Shown here one piece after another: positions 34,502-48,197 of a DNA stretch of 64,000 nucleotides. The first letter of the stretch is position 1; each line of letters opens with the position of its first letter. The stretch comes from Gekko japonicus (Eukaryota), in NCBI RefSeq assembly GCF_001447785.1, contig NW_015165833.1, forward strand, positions 868,608 to 932,607. Reading direction: 5' to 3'. Under the pieces are notes generated by a model. That model was given only the letters and a program-made list of their open reading frames with translations, had not been told where the DNA came from and searched no databases. A program made the translations under genes and the position numbers.

Positions 34502-35571
34502 TTCTAAAGCCATTATTGCTTGCTTTGCAGACTTTCTTATCTGAATTTGGGTGCAACTCTGAAAGCAGCCAGGCTTTTTCCGACATATATATATATGCGC
34601 TGCTGTCCAGGTGTTCTGCTTTGCCCTATAAGCTATTATCAGGGAATTTTCAAGGATGGCAAAGACTATTGCGATTTGACTTCTAGGGTCCATTACTTTT
34701 AAAAAAAAGAATAGTGCGTCATTGTGCAGAGCTACTTATGCATGTGACTTACCCGCAAAGAAAAAAATTAATGCAAATCAATGGAAATGTTCATGTACAG
34801 ATTTCAGAATTAAAAACAGGAATTCTCAAAGGCTACTGGAAGGCAGGCCGCAGGGATGCTGACAGTCTACAGAAGGTACACAGACCGAAACTGGGAAATG
34901 CAGCTGCCCTACAAAACTGATTTTGCTAGGAACGTTTGACATGTTCATGGGTTTGTCTTTGTTTTAAGAAGGACCCTTTGAAAATGACTTATCAGGAGCT
35001 GGGCCAGTGGGAGCCCAGGAAGCCTTTTGAAGAGGCATCTGGAGGAAATCTGTTGGGTCTCTGTTAGAAGGAGGCAAGTGACAGACATCAAGTAGAAAAG
35101 CAAACATGAACTTTTCCTACTCTGTTGTCAGTAGGAAAACTCTGACTCCTGGCTTTAATTGCTGGGAGCGGGTCCAAGTGATAATTTGAACCTTTTAAGA
35201 TTTCCGGTTTGAGTGCAGAAAGCCACACCCAAGAAACACCCCATAATACTACCTTTTGTGAATGCATTTCTATTCCAGGGCATTTCTATTCCAGAGCCAG
35301 CGCAGCATATCCTGAAGTGCGGCAGGTGCCAGGGCCCAGGCCTTCTGGAGGGTCCGCTGCTGCCAATCCCTTAGCCATATCCATGCCCTGCTGCCCATTG
35401 GTGCGCCCTTCCCCATCACCTGTGCTCCCTGCCATGCTCACCACTGTGCATTGATGGGGAAGGGCAGGCATATGTACAGGCGGCAGTACTTTTGGATTTT
35501 TTTTGTATTTTGTGTATGTGGGGTATGGAGGACGTTCAGAGAGAAGTGGCTTGATACAACCTGCCTCTGCT

Positions 35572-35853
35572 AGTTTGGTGTAGTGGTTAGGAGAGTGGAC
35601 TCTAATCTGGGAGAACTGGGTTTGATTCCCCACTCCTCATGCAGCTGCTGGTGTGACCTTGGCACAGTCACAAGTTCTCTCAGAGCTGTTCTCTCACAAG
35701 CAGTTCTCTCAGAGCTCTCTCATCCCCACCTACCTCACAGGGTGTCTGTTGTGGGGAGGGAAGGGGAAGGAGATTGTAAGCCGCTCTGAGACTCCTTCAG
35801 GTAGTGATTGGTGGGGTATAAATCCATCCAGTCTCTTCTTCTTCTTCTTCTTC
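35572..35853 (+). mobile_element. Squam3-type SINE with (CTT)n tail
   Basis: A/B boxes, CORE region, tail ctcttcttcttcttc. Confidence 0.9.
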
Positions 35854-36624
35854 TGCCTCCCGGTCCTGGTATTCCGAGGAGGTCTCCCATCCAAGTACTT
35901 GCCAGGGTCAGCCCTGCTTAGCTTCCGAGATTGGGCTTGCCTGGGCTATCCAGGTCAGGGGCAGTACTTTTGACAGCTACAGCAGTAGCACTCTTAGCCG
36001 TGCTGGGCCTGGCAACACTGAGGAAAGTGTGTTCAAGCCACTGTGAGTGGGAGGAGGGCTCATGAACGGGCAGAGGAAGGACGCACAGGCTGATGGGGGG
36101 GGGGGCATGTGGATGGGTGGGAAAGGAAGTACAAACGGTGGGAGAAGGGAGGCCCTGAACACTCTCTGCCCAGGGCCCTCCAAACTGGCTCTGCTCTGTG
36201 AATGGTGAGCGCCTTGGTGACTTTAGCATTCAGACAAGAGAGCAGGAAGATACAAGAGCACAGCAAAAATAGACACACCAGGTTTGAAGACCTCTCCTAG
36301 TTTGGCAATTGCTGGTATTCCTCGACACAGAGAAGGCACGTGGAGGGGTGAAGAGAATGAAGTTTTGGGAAGGTTGGCATCGTCAGTTCCGTTGTTTTTA
36401 GTGGTTCCTTGCTGACATGTCTGTCTGATTGTGGATGCTTTCAGGAGAACCTAAGACTAGCCAAGTGAAACCTGAAAGACATGTTGTTCAGTAGAATGCT
36501 TAAATGTTAATGGGAGAGGGAATTAGTGTGGGGCTACTTAGACAAGAAATTTTAATGAGATTTCATTTCAGAAATGTGAACAGGAATGAGAGCATACTAA
36601 TGGGGTTTCAGTACTTAATAATTG

Positions 36625-36812
36625 TGTGCTGTCAAGCTGCAACTGACTCATGGCAACCCCAGGACCACAGGGTATTCAAGGCGGGAGAGGAACCGAGGTG
36701 GGTTGCCATTGCCTTCCACCACAACCCCCATCTTCCTTGGTGGTCTCCCATCCAAGCACTAACCATGGCCAACCCTGCTTAGCTTCCAAGCTCTGACAAG
36801 ATCAGGCCAGGC
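36625..36812 (-). mobile_element. 5S-rRNA-derived SINE
   Basis: Family motifs. Confidence 0.8.
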
Positions 36813-37532
36813 TTGAGATTTCAAAATTCACTTTTGTTTAACCAAGTGGCACGTGACTTTTTTGCAGTACACTTTGTTATGCAGTGAAAGGTTGTTGAGA
36901 TGAAGGACATTTTTTGTGGTCCAAGTGCTGGCAGGATGGGAAGTATGGGGAAGACGTGTATTTTCTTTTTTGGAACGTCCAGCTCTGGAGATCCTCCAGC
37001 TTGTATTTCGTGATGTTAATGATTGGAACTGGTAGAGAATGTCACCAGTTGGGCTGTTGGAGTGGGAAGTGCTGTAAAAACATGGATTAATTTGGGGATG
37101 TGTATTCAAGGTTGGGGCTTGCAGCCAATTGAAATTTATGAGTCAGCGCTGATCTGTAGCCATGCTCAAGGACCAGTTCATTGATATAACTGCTGAGTAA
37201 GCTGCTTCAGAGGTTTGAAGCCTCTGTAGTAGTAAGTGCAACTCCCCATGAGTCTGTGGAATAGTAAACGGAGAAGCATTTTGCTGAAATCCAAGCCTCA
37301 ATGGGATCTCAGGGACAACAGGTAGCTTTGGATGGAGGAAGCATATAGAAACCAAACCACCAGAAACTATTTATGGCCCTGCCTTCTGAAGGGGGTGGGT
37401 CTTATAAAAGGGATCCTGGGAGGAAGCTGCACCCAGAAGTCCATGACAGAGACATCAGGTTCTTCTGCTGGTGAATAGAAGTACAACTTTTCCAGCAAAA
37501 TGCATCTTTCCCCTGCTTTTGCCCAATAGTGC

Positions 37533-37738
37533 GTGGAAATTGCTGTGAAGTCACAGCCTACTCATGGTGGACCCCGTAGGGTTTTCAAGGCAAGAGATGT
37601 TCAGAAGTGGTTTGCACCTCTCCCTTGATGTAGCAACCCAGGACTTCCATCTCCCAGCCATGTACTATCCAGGGCTGACCCTGCTTAGCTTCTGAGATCT
37701 GATGAGATCGGGTCGGCCTGGGCTGTCCAGGTCAGCGC
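37533..37738 (-). mobile_element. 5S-rRNA-derived SINE
   Basis: Family motifs. Confidence 0.85.
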
Positions 37739-37894
37739 CTTGCCCAATGAGAACAGCTTTTTCCCACGTTTGTGAATTGCCACCAAAGCGCTATTATGGC
37801 TTAGGCAGATTAATGCTGACCCCTAGTGAGGATTAAAGTAGCAAGTGGGGCTTACTCTACTACTCCAGGCAATGATGGACTCGGGAAGCTGGCT

Positions 37895-38072
37895 AATACT
37901 GAATCAGACCATTGCTCCATCAAGGTCAGTGTTGTCTACTCAGACTGGCAGAAGGCTCCCCAGGGTTTTGGTCTTTCACATCCTTTTTTACTGGAGATGC
38001 CGGAGTGACATTGAGCCTGGGACCTTCCACTTGCCGAGCAAGGGCTCTGCCACTGAGCTATAGCCCCTCCCC
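37895..38072 (-). mobile_element. tRNA-derived SINE (Squam2-like)
   Basis: Family motifs. Confidence 0.8.
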
Positions 38073-38842
38073 ATGATGAGTCTGAATGCATAAATCCTTC
38101 TGTTACTTTGCTTGAAGCCCAAGTGTAACTCCAACTCTCTTGTTTAACGGGTAGGAGTAAAAGTCTTTTCCAAGAGCACAGATTCAGTCTCCAGTTTTAC
38201 CCATCCCGAGTCTCCTGTGAGATTCTATGTATTCTGTTGCACTTCTTTTCAACTGCTGGCTCATTTACGAATGGTTGGAATGTCTATTGCCCCAGAGCAT
38301 GGCCAGCCTGTCTTCCTAAAGAGGCAAGCTGTGAGGCCCGCAGAGAGAAAAGACAGCAGGGCAGGTCTGGTCCTGGCTCCACTCTCTGTGAGTCAGCAGA
38401 AGAATCAATCGCACAATGGTGTGTTTAGAGAAGTCGTCTTTCCTGCATGCAAAGGCTGCCTGCCCTCTCCCTCTTTTGCCTCTTTGCTTGATCAGCTTTC
38501 TGGCAGGGAAATTGAAATGATGAGACACTGTCACCCTCCTCGCCAGTGATAATGCTGACCTGTGGATTTGTCATTCTTTCAGAGTTACCTGTGGGTAGCC
38601 TCCATTGAATCTCTGTGTTTTGAGATATAATGAATTTCTCTGCCTGCTGCTGTTGCTAGATCTTTCTTCATCGTGCAGCTGGGATTGTGGTGGTACTGGG
38701 GGTTGTTCCAGAACACAGAAATTACATGGTCCGTGTCCCTTAATACTACAGGGAGTGGATGAGGCTGGGCTGAAATTTAGGCCAGGGCTTGTGCTGATGT
38801 TCCAGCTGTGAAAGACGTTTGGCACATTGACCTAGTCCTAGG

Positions 38843-39298
38843 CAGTGACGGCTCCAGGTTTTTTCTCCCACTAGGCGAGGATACATTCTGGCACACACCC
38901 CCATGTGGGGTGGGACGGGAGTGGGTGCTGGAGCCACAGTGGGCGGGTCAAGGGGGCAAGCTGCAAATGCATGCAGTAGGGCGGGGTTGCTCCAGGGGAG
39001 GGGGCCTGTGCCAGGCTGCAAAAGGAGCTCCAAAGAGACCGCAGGAGCAGGGGTGGCAGAGGGCGAGCTGCACTTTCCCATTGTCCCGGGCTGTTCCTTG
39101 CGCCTGTCCCCCCTGCCTCCTTCTCTTTCTGTTTGGGGGGCTGCAAAAAGGGGAGTCTTTTGCTGGGATGGAGCAAGAAGCAGCAATGGAGGCTTCCTAT
39201 GCGGGGTGAGGAGGGGATGGGACCGGCCAGAATGGTGCCCTTGTCGAGCCATCGCCCTAGGCGATGGTCTAAAATTTAACAATAACAGACCGGCCCTG
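38843..39298. mobile_element. hAT (CAGGGCCGG/Tip100-like end) non-autonomous element
   Basis: Perfect TSD gtcctagg (38835-38842 and 39299-39306); ends cagtgacggctc / gaccggccctg. Confidence 0.85.
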
Positions 39299-39312
39299 GT
39301 CCTAGGATGCCA

Positions 39313-39483
39313 TGGTGGCGAAAAGTGCTGTCAAGGTTCAGGAGACAAATAAAGGTGGTTTGCCATTGCCTGCTTCTGCATAGCAGCCCTGGGCTGCCTT
39401 GGTGGTCACCCATCCAAGTACTAACCAGGGCTGACCTTGCTTACTTCCAGGTTGTAACTAGCCTGGGCCATCCAGGTCAGGGC
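39313..39483 (-). mobile_element. 5S-rRNA-derived SINE
   Basis: Family motifs. Confidence 0.8.
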
Positions 39484-41269
39484 TGAGGATGCTCTGGGAA
39501 ATTCATAATGGCTTTTGCTGCAAGGGCCTTGGATTGGCTCACTAGAGCAGTGCTCTGTAGCGAGCAGTATGCTCTGTAGGGACCTTGCTGTGGTCAGTAT
39601 TTCGACCCTAAGTTGGTGCATGTTGAATGGATGGCTCTTCTCTTGGACTGAAGGGTCTTCTAGTTCTTCCAACTTTGGAGCAACCTCAATCAGCTAGTCG
39701 AAACAAGTAAACTTCTGGGTTATTTTAAGAGCCCCTTTTAATTGGTGACTGTCCCCCAAGCCACCTTTTTGCAATTTAAAATCACCTCCAATGGTTTTGG
39801 AGATAAGCAGTTCTGCAGCTCCCCAAGTGGCCCAGCTGGATAAGGGGGGGGGGGACTTGACTGGGTGAGGCATCCACCCAAAGATATGTCTAGACAAAAA
39901 AGAACATTGGTTGGGGAGACTGGGAACATAAGCACCCCTCAGTGGTGCAGGGGAATGGAACGTGCAGGTTCAGAGGAGGGTACAGCAGTTGTGGGCATTG
40001 TCCTTTCTCTCTCACAGCATGCCTGATGATCCTTGTGCAATACAGCAGTGGGAAGGAGGAAAATGCATGCATTGTATATAAACTGCCATCAAGTCATAGG
40101 TGATTTATGGTGACCCCAGCAAGGGGCTTTCAAGGCAAGTGAGAAGTAGGGGGCAGTTTGCCATGGCCTTCCTCTGCAGAGTCTCCCATCCAAGTACTTG
40201 GTGGTTTCCCATCCAGGTACTGACACTGCTTAGCTTCTGAGGTCTTGCGAGATCAGGCTACATAACAGGCTGCCTTCCTTCCCAGGATGCTGTATAAGAA
40301 GGCAACTATTTAAAACGGTGTAGATCGTTTTAGTATTTTATAATGTTTGTTTAAAACCTGTCCAGATCTTGGTTTTATGGATATTCCAATGTACTTTCTT
40401 GATTAATGGATTAAAAGGAAAATGAGATATGAGCCACAGCTGTAATAATAACTCTGCTCTAGGATGATCCCAAAATCTACATTCCATTTGGTTTCTGTGG
40501 GACAAAAAGGGTAGAGGGATTCCCAAAAGTCATTTGTAAATGCTTCTGGCACTGAAGACTGAAGCTGCCTTAGTAAGTGATGTCAGGTTGCAACCAAATT
40601 AGGGCAGCCCTGTAGGGCTTTAAGGCAAGAGACAGGCAAAAGTGGTTTGCCATTGCCTGCTCCTGCATAGCAACCCTGGACTTCCTTGGTGGTCTCCAAC
40701 TGTCCCCTCTCCAGCTTTGCTTTGTCTGATCTTTTGAAACTGGAGAAACTGGAGATGCCAGGGAGTGAACCTGGGACCTTCAGCATGCAGAGCCAAGCTA
40801 TGGCCTCCCCGGCATAGAAGACAGATTCTGGCTGGGATGAAGCCTCGTGAGCCAGCTTGCTCTCTGGGGATTTTCCCCACCTCACCTAATACAAAGTCCT
40901 GGTGGCCCTGACAGCAGCAATGTTGCTCTGCCATTTGCATGATGCATGAGGGTGTCCTCCCCCCAGACAGGAAGAGAAATGCATCTGGCAAAATGTTTAT
41001 ACATTTGTGTGCCTGAGAGAGAAACCGCCTCTAATGTTTATTCAGCAGGCCTAGCCCCAGGAGGATCCTGATAACCTTTGGAATGTTTCTCCAGCTTCAC
41101 TCTTCCCAGGAGCCTCCAGCTCTTGTCAGGAGGGGGCTGGGACTCCCTTTGTTCTGATCTCATGCAATACTCTCTGCTCCTGTGACAGAACAGTGAAGAG
41201 TGATTCACCCACAGAGGAGGGTAACTGCTGTCTCTCTGCATGAGTCTCTTCTCTGGTTTAGCCTTTTCT

Positions 41270-41313
41270 NNNNNNNNNNNNNNNNNNNNNNNNNNNNNNN
41301 NNNNNNNNNNNNN
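41270..41313. other. Assembly gap (44 N)
   Basis: Run of N. Confidence 0.99.
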
Positions 41314-41797
41314 AGTCTCTGTGCAGAGTTGCAGCAAAAAGGACCCAATCTTTTAACAACTTTCAGATGCGTAGCTGTGTTTGTGTGCATGAGACAAACC
41401 AGATTCAAGAATTAAAACTTAGTCAGATTCTGTATCTGACAAAGGGAGCTTTGATTCTTGAATGCTTATACCTGGTAAAAACGTTTTGCTCTTTGAGATA
41501 CCACTGAACTTGAATCTTGCTCTTTTCGGGGCTGTTTGTTGTCTCTGGATATACCATGCCTGTTTCCTTCCAGTCATGACCAGACCAGTGAATCACCGGG
41601 GTGGGTGGGTGGGTTGCAGCTCCTTCCTTCTGCTTCTGCTACACCTTTCCAAGTGGAAGAGTGAGGCCTGCTTGCCTTCTAATTAGGAAAACAAGCTTGG
41701 GAAGTCCACCCTATACCTCTGCAGGCCAGCAGTCTCTTAACTGAGAGGAAGAGAAATGAGGAAAGAAGGGCTCTGGTAGCTGGTGGCTGAGCTGAAA

Positions 41798-42010
41798 GGG
41801 GGAGGGGTTGTGGCTCAGTGGAAGAGCCTCTGCTTGGCATGCAGAAGGTCCCAGGTTCAATCCCCGGCATCTCCAGGTAAAAAGGCCCAGCTGGTGGTTG
41901 ATGTGAAAGACCTCAGCCTGAGACCCTGGAGAGCCACTGCCAGCCTGAGTAGACAAGACTGACCTTGATGGACTGATGGTTTGATTCAGTGTGAGGCAGC
42001 TTCATGTGTG
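41798..42010 (+). mobile_element. tRNA-derived SINE (Squam2-like), near full length
   Basis: ggggaggggttgtggctcagtggaagagcctctgcttggcatgcagaaggtcccaggttcaatccccggcatctcca followed by the SINE body. Confidence 0.9.
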
Positions 42011-42306
42011 AGATGTGCAACCTGCAAGGGAAGCAAAAAGAAAATGCTCCCCAGAGAAGACAACTGCTCGCTGCTGATGCCCAGGCTCAGGCACATAAGG
42101 ATTGAGTTCGGTTGCCTTCGTTCCGAGCCCTACAGCTGCAGCCTCTCTGATTTATCTGCTCTCCAGATGCATCCGTGGGCTGACTTGCCACTGGGGTTTT
42201 TGCAGAGCTTTCTGACACAGCCCTACGAAATGTCAGCACCTGGGATTCAGGTGCATGGAGAATAGCAGGTGGTCCTTGTTTGGGGACTGCGTATGTGTGT
42301 TGGAAT

Positions 42307-42524
42307 TAGGGTTGCCAGCTCTGGGTTGGGAAATACCTTGAGGGTTTGGGGGTGGAGTCTGAGGAGGGTGGGGTTTGGAAAGGGGAGGGACTTCAATGGG
42401 ATATAGTGCCATAGAGTCCACCTCCCAACAGTCCATTCTCTTCAGGTGAACTGATCTTTGTCCCCAGGAGATTGGTTGTAATCGCAGGAGATCTCCATCT
42501 GCCACTTGGAAGCTGGCAATGCTA
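42307..42524. mobile_element. Short hAT Blackjack-like MITE
   Basis: tagggttgcca...tggcaatgcta; TSD gttggaat/gttggagt. Confidence 0.88.
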
Positions 42525-44349
42525 GTTGGAGTGCCATGAGATTGTGTGTGTCTTTCTTATGGGTGCAGTGGTCCAGAGCATGTATTCATAGGTTTTAGAT
42601 TCCAGACTAGGCTACCCTTTATTCTCAGCTCTTCTTTGAAAAATTGAATGCTGAGTGTTGTCTCAACTATAAGAAAGAGGGACTCGCCCAAAGCTCCCTG
42701 GCATAGTTCATGGCTCAACTGGGATTTGAATGTAAATCTTCCCCCTTCCAACTCTGAGCTCTTGATGCCTGAATGGTTTTGTATGAAGGTCTCCGAACCA
42801 GGAGTCTAGGAAGGGGCCTGGCTGAAACCCTTAGCCTTGTTAGAGGGATTTATGCAACATGTGTGACTGCAGGACCCAGGGGTGTGCTGCATGCATATGG
42901 GGAAGCCATATGTCTGGAGAAATGGAATCGGCTGGCTTTGGGACCCCATTACCTGTGACATTTCCAGAGTCTTTTCGTTGGTAAGTCTATAAGAATTATG
43001 GGGCATGTAGATGTGGTGTGATTGCACAGTTAGACCATTCAGTGTGCGTGATAGGCATTAATATTGATTAAAATGTGCTTCTCAGTCTCAAGATGTAGTT
43101 TTCAGAACTTATATCAAGGAAGGAGTGCCCTTGAGCATGTGTAGAGTGCCGTTCTCTGAGCTCTCCCCCACTCATCAAGGATTGGGAGAGTGGTTTCCAA
43201 GTCACCCTTGGATCCTTCTGCTTTGGCAAAGAAGCGGTTAGTCTATTAGTAAAATGCCCAGAAGAAGCTGGATCTACTTAATAAGCATTTTTAAAGGTGG
43301 ATTGGGAAACTGAGTCTCTCTCTCTGCACTTGTGTATGTGGCGTAGCTCTAAGTCTGATTTGGGCTCCTGTGCTAGTCAAATTGTTTTGTTCCCTGCTGT
43401 AATGTACATGGGGTTGGTCTCTTTGCAGGTTTGGCAAGATTCTTGGGCTTCTCTGTGGCAAACAAGCTGGGGGGGGGGGGGGGAGAGAAAGAAGGAAGAC
43501 CTTGCCCTGGGAAGCAAGTATTGTACAAAATGTGTTTCAGCAATAGGACAGCAGGGAACTTTGGGATGGCTTGGAAAATACTCCTGCCAATGGTCAGGCA
43601 AGTGCATTTGTTTGAAACGAATGCACATTTCAGCTGGAAAAGCCCCACTTGTTAGGATACAGTAAAGTGAATGGTCATTGCAAATGGCAGTTGCTCCTTG
43701 TTGCTGAGCCAACCATAATTGCCCAGTTGTTGCTGCCTAGTGTGTGTCATTCAACAACCGGGGACCACTGGGAGAGCAGCCCTGGTGCTTCTGCTCCTGT
43801 CTCTCAACAGGCGAGCCTAGAAATGGCACTGCTATTGCCATGGCACTGGGCTGCTGAATATCTAGTAGCTCCTGCTGCAGGGCGGGGTAGCAACCTTGTC
43901 ACCTCCACCACCCATTTGCAGCACTTGGTGGCTTCTGCTGAAGCCAGTCAAAAGGAAAGCAGCTGTAATATCAAATGTGGGATGCAGAGCGGAAAAAAAG
44001 CAAATGAGGTATTAGGAACATAATGGAGTGGGGGAGTTGAGATGGCACTTTGGATTCTCAGAAAAGGCCAGAGGTTTTTGGGTTCTGCCCCAAGAGAAGT
44101 CTGGGGTGCACAAAGCATTTGAAGTGCAAAGCACAGGGCCAAGGTGTGTCCGTGTGTGTCAGTCATCCTCGCAAGTGTTTCTAAGCCAGCTTTCCCCACT
44201 ATTGCCAGGACTCGAGATTATACTGATTCAATGAATTAAATCCAGACAAATGGTGACCATATAAACTAAGCTTGTTATTCCTGTTTGGTCCTTGTTAAAC
44301 ATCTTCATTATATTGTAAGCTAATTTGCTTCTCCCTCTCTACCAATGTG

Positions 44350-44515
44350 TATGGACTGGTAACTTCCATTTCAATGCGTCTGAAGAAGTGTGCGTCTGAA
44401 GAAGTGTGCAGGAAAGCTTTTACCTTGAATAAAACTTTGTTGATCTTAAAGGTGCCACTTGTCTCAAATTTTGTTCTGTTGCTTCAGACCAACATGGCTA
44501 CCCACCTGAATCTAA
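44350..44515 (+). mobile_element. Penelope-like terminal repeat remnant
   Basis: Tandem gtctgaagaagtgtgc core, gaaagctt, then gttgatcttaaaggtgccac...cagaccaacatggctaccc. Confidence 0.7.
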
Positions 44516-45354
44516 CCTCTAGATAGTTACTGGAGATCTCCTGGAATTTACAACAGATCTGAAGAGATCAGTTCCCCATGAGAAAATGGCTGCTTTGGGG
44601 GATGGACTCTATGGTATTATACCCCGTGGAGGTGACTCCCCAAACCTCTCCCTTCCCAGGTTCCACTCCCAAAGCTCCAGGAATTTCCTGATCCAAATTT
44701 GGCAAGCCTGCTGCTCCTTTTGGTGGCTGGTGCTGCATTTCCTAACTCCTCTTGTGAATCAGAGCAGCAGACTCCTGAAGATGTTATCTTTTAAACTTGA
44801 CTCAATTCTATGGGATTCATAGCTCACATAGCATCTATGTATAGGTGATCGGATTTAGTTCTAACTTAGTTTGTTATGACTGTTGATGTATGTTGTAAAA
44901 ATCTGTATTGATGACTAACTGGTTGGTTTGTAATTTTGGATTTTCAGGACAGTTGTATACTGTTTTGCAGTTATTATATTTCTTGATACGTTATACTTCC
45001 TCTTAATAAACAGGTTTAAAAAAAGTGTATGGGTACAGCATCGCAAGAAACCCGGTGGGAGGATCAGGGCAGTTGATGACCCTCAATGTGGGGGGGGGGG
45101 CTGGGGTAACCTGGCCCCCCCCCCCCCCAGCCTAATAAATTCTGCTGTTTGGAGCTTAGGATCATGGAACTGCTGGCTTTTAAAAACAGCCTGATCAGTC
45201 ACATGTGAGATTCAGATTGGCTTGTTTTAACTGCCTTCTTTATTTACTGGATTTATGCAAGTACAAGACAGTGCTCGGAGGGGACTGTGCAGGGTGGCTG
45301 CCTCTCTTGGGGACTAGAGTGAGGAGATGCTCTATGCTGTTAATAATAATTTAG

Positions 45355-45559
45355 TGCTGTCAATTTGCAACCGACCCATGTTGACCCCGGGACTATGGGG
45401 TTTTCCAGGTGAGAAATGAACAGAGATGGTTTTGCCATTGCCTGCCTCTGCATAGCAGCCCTGGACTTCCTCCTTGGTGATTTGGTTTCCCATCCAAGTA
45501 CTAACCGCAACCAACCCTGCTTAGCTTCTACGTTCTGACAGGATTGGGCTAGTCAGGGC
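45355..45559 (-). mobile_element. 5S-rRNA-derived SINE
   Basis: Family motifs. Confidence 0.8.
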
Positions 45560-46939
45560 TCATGAGTGGGCATAATTGCTCCAGAGGCCCTCCTGAAGGA
45601 ACAGGGCACACTTCTAGGAAGGCTAGGTAGGTCCAGTCTGAGATGCTGCCTCCCTGGAACATCGCCTGGGAACCTGGTGTAAGGCTCGGCGGGAAGTGAA
45701 ATGAATAACTTATTGAACTGTTAATCCCCTCCGTGAAGTAATTATGTGCTTAAGGTTAAGACAGCTTTTCAAACAATTAGGTGAATTCACAGTGGACAGG
45801 CATATCAGCCACTATTAAGCACCGCGGTTAATGAAGCTGCCATGTTCAGGGGCAGTGTACCTCAGAATCTTAGAGATTTTTTTTGTCCCCAGTGGGAGAG
45901 GTCTGCTTCCTTCATGACCTTCCTGCTTGTGAGCTTCCAGAAGCATCTGACTGCTCATAGCTAGAAGGTTCTGAACTTGACAAACCTTGGTCTGATCCCA
46001 CAAGGCAGTTTTTACGTGGTCATCTAGTTTTGGGGTCATGGTCTTATTGCCAGCAGCCTGGCTAGCCCAGACTAGCCCAAACACAGCAGAGCTCGGAAGC
46101 TAAACAGAGCTGGTACTTGGGCAGGAGAGAAAAATACTTGGGCTGCTCTGCAGAGGAAGGCAATGGCAAACCACGCCTGTTCCTCGTGCTGTTTGTTTAA
46201 TGGCCTGTACCGTAGGATCACATTTCCCCCTCTTTCTGTATTCTGTAATCTGCCTTGAGTCTCGGTGAGAAAGCAAAATAAATAAGCGAAATAAATAAAT
46301 ATGGCATAGGCGCCAGTTGAAGGAAGTCCTGAAAGAGAGCAGTGGTTTCACAGCCTGTGTTGGCACCAACTTCAATTGTTAGTGCTTTGAATTTCAGAAT
46401 AGTTGATGCACAAGAGTGTCCTGAGGGTCCCCAGTGGGAGAGGCCAGGACACAAGGGTGACCTGTTGGAAGGGCAGGGTTCAAGGGGTTGGCAGGGCCTA
46501 TGTTCTTTCCCTAAGTCTGCACAAGTCCACACAGGCCACTTAAGGGAAGTGTAGAGTCTCTTGTCGGTGCTGTGTAGGGCAGCTCCCAAGGGAATGCCAC
46601 TGTTGGGCATCTAGGAGAAGCACAGAGTATGGGATGGCGGTGGGCTTTTGCAGATTATCCTCTGTGTTGTGATCCTGCCATGGGAGTCCTTCCATACGTG
46701 GAAAGGTCACCAGGCATTTTGGACTGCAGGGGGAAGTAGGAGGTGAGGAAGAACCACATTCTGCAGGCAGAAATCCTTTCCTTCATTCCAGTGGATCCAA
46801 GCCCCTGCCTGGCAGATGGAAGCCCTCAGTTGGTACACAGCAATCCGAGGGTGTGCATGACCTTGCAGTCAGTCCATGTAGTAAGATGTTTCCTGGAGAA
46901 GAAATAGTTCACGGACCCTGTGCTGAATAGTAGCACCAT

Positions 46940-47110
46940 GGGAGGGGGCTGTGGCTGAGTGGTAGAGCATCTGCTTGGCATGTGGAAGGTTCAGCCCCTG
47001 GCATCTCCCGTTAAAAGGATCGGTTAGTAGGTGATGTGAAAAACCTCCGCCTGAGACCTTGGAGAGCTGCTGCCAGACTGAGCAGACAATACTGACGTTG
47101 GTGGACGAAG
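46940..47110 (+). mobile_element. tRNA-derived SINE (Squam2-like)
   Basis: Family motifs. Confidence 0.85.
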
Positions 47111-47991
47111 TACTTTCAAAAGGGCTGAAGCCTGTTCCTTAGGAGCCAGTGGTTCAGGGAGCTGTTACTTAGTATGAGTTCTGAACTTTCTCTGGAACTG
47201 GGAAAACTGCCTGCATGCCCTGATGTGATCACAAGCCTTGTGACCTCTTTGACTTTCTGAGGTCCAGACCAGTGTCAAAAGTTGCTGCTGACAATCTGAG
47301 GCTTGCAGGGCTGTCAGGCTGCTTGCATTTTCTGCTGGGTGGTTCAAACACAGTTTACAGTCTGCTTGAGATTAAAAAAAAATCCTGTTGTTCCCACGGC
47401 CCTCCCCTACCAATAAATTGTTGGTGGCATCTTTATGTTTCAGTAAATCCAGGGCTCCCTTGACTGTGTAATTGTCAAGCACTAAATAATTTCATTTAGG
47501 GCAGATGAAGAAAGATAGGCACTGCTTTTGAAAGCATTATTTCCAATCTGATTAGGAGCAAGAATTCGTCCTCAGTGGTGGCTGGTGCTGTAGGGACATT
47601 TAATAACGGGGCTTGCTTTTCTTGATGTGCTTTCTTACCCTTTTAATCTAATACATGACTCCCCGGACCTTGGTTCCATTGAGTTTACATTGATGTGTGC
47701 CTTGGTGCAAATGGCTGACTTATTGTAGGTGGGGAAACCAGGACTGGTCTTCTCTATTCTTTCTTTTTTTAAACCATTTCTACCCTGTTCACAGCCCCAT
47801 CTTCTCAACTTGGAGTGGGTGTTGTCCTCCACTTCTGCCTCCTTTGCTTCTTCCTCCTAGTCCTTCAGTCTTCTCTCCTTTGTTCACCTCCATGAGTCAA
47901 CTTCATCTAATATTGATGTCATCTGTCACAAAAGCCAGTCAATCAATTGATCACAAAGCACCGAACTCTGAGTCATTAGTACCACTTGAAG

Positions 47992-48197
47992 ACACATGAA
48001 GCTGCCTTATACTGAATCAGATCATCGGTCCATCAAGGTCAGTATAGTCTACTCAAGCCTGGCAGCACCTCTCTAGGGTCTCAGTTTGAGGTCTTTGGTG
48101 TGACCTATTGCCGGGTAACTGGAGATGCTGGGGGTCAAACCTAGGACTTGCTGCATGCAAAGCAGAGGCTGTTCTTCTGAGCCACAGCCCCTCCCCA
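47992..48197 (-). mobile_element. tRNA-derived SINE (Squam2-like)
   Basis: Family motifs. Confidence 0.85.

Noticed and set aside
38746-39352. 178-aa and 149-aa ORFs as real genes
   Set aside because: They overlap a TSD-flanked GC-rich hAT element and show no protein motifs
41798-41876. tRNA gene (Ala-like)
   Set aside because: Continues into a body shared by about nine dispersed copies, so it is a SINE head
45088-45130. G-run/C-run hairpin or G-quadruplex
   Set aside because: Homopolymer runs are frequent throughout the window and error-prone; no supporting context
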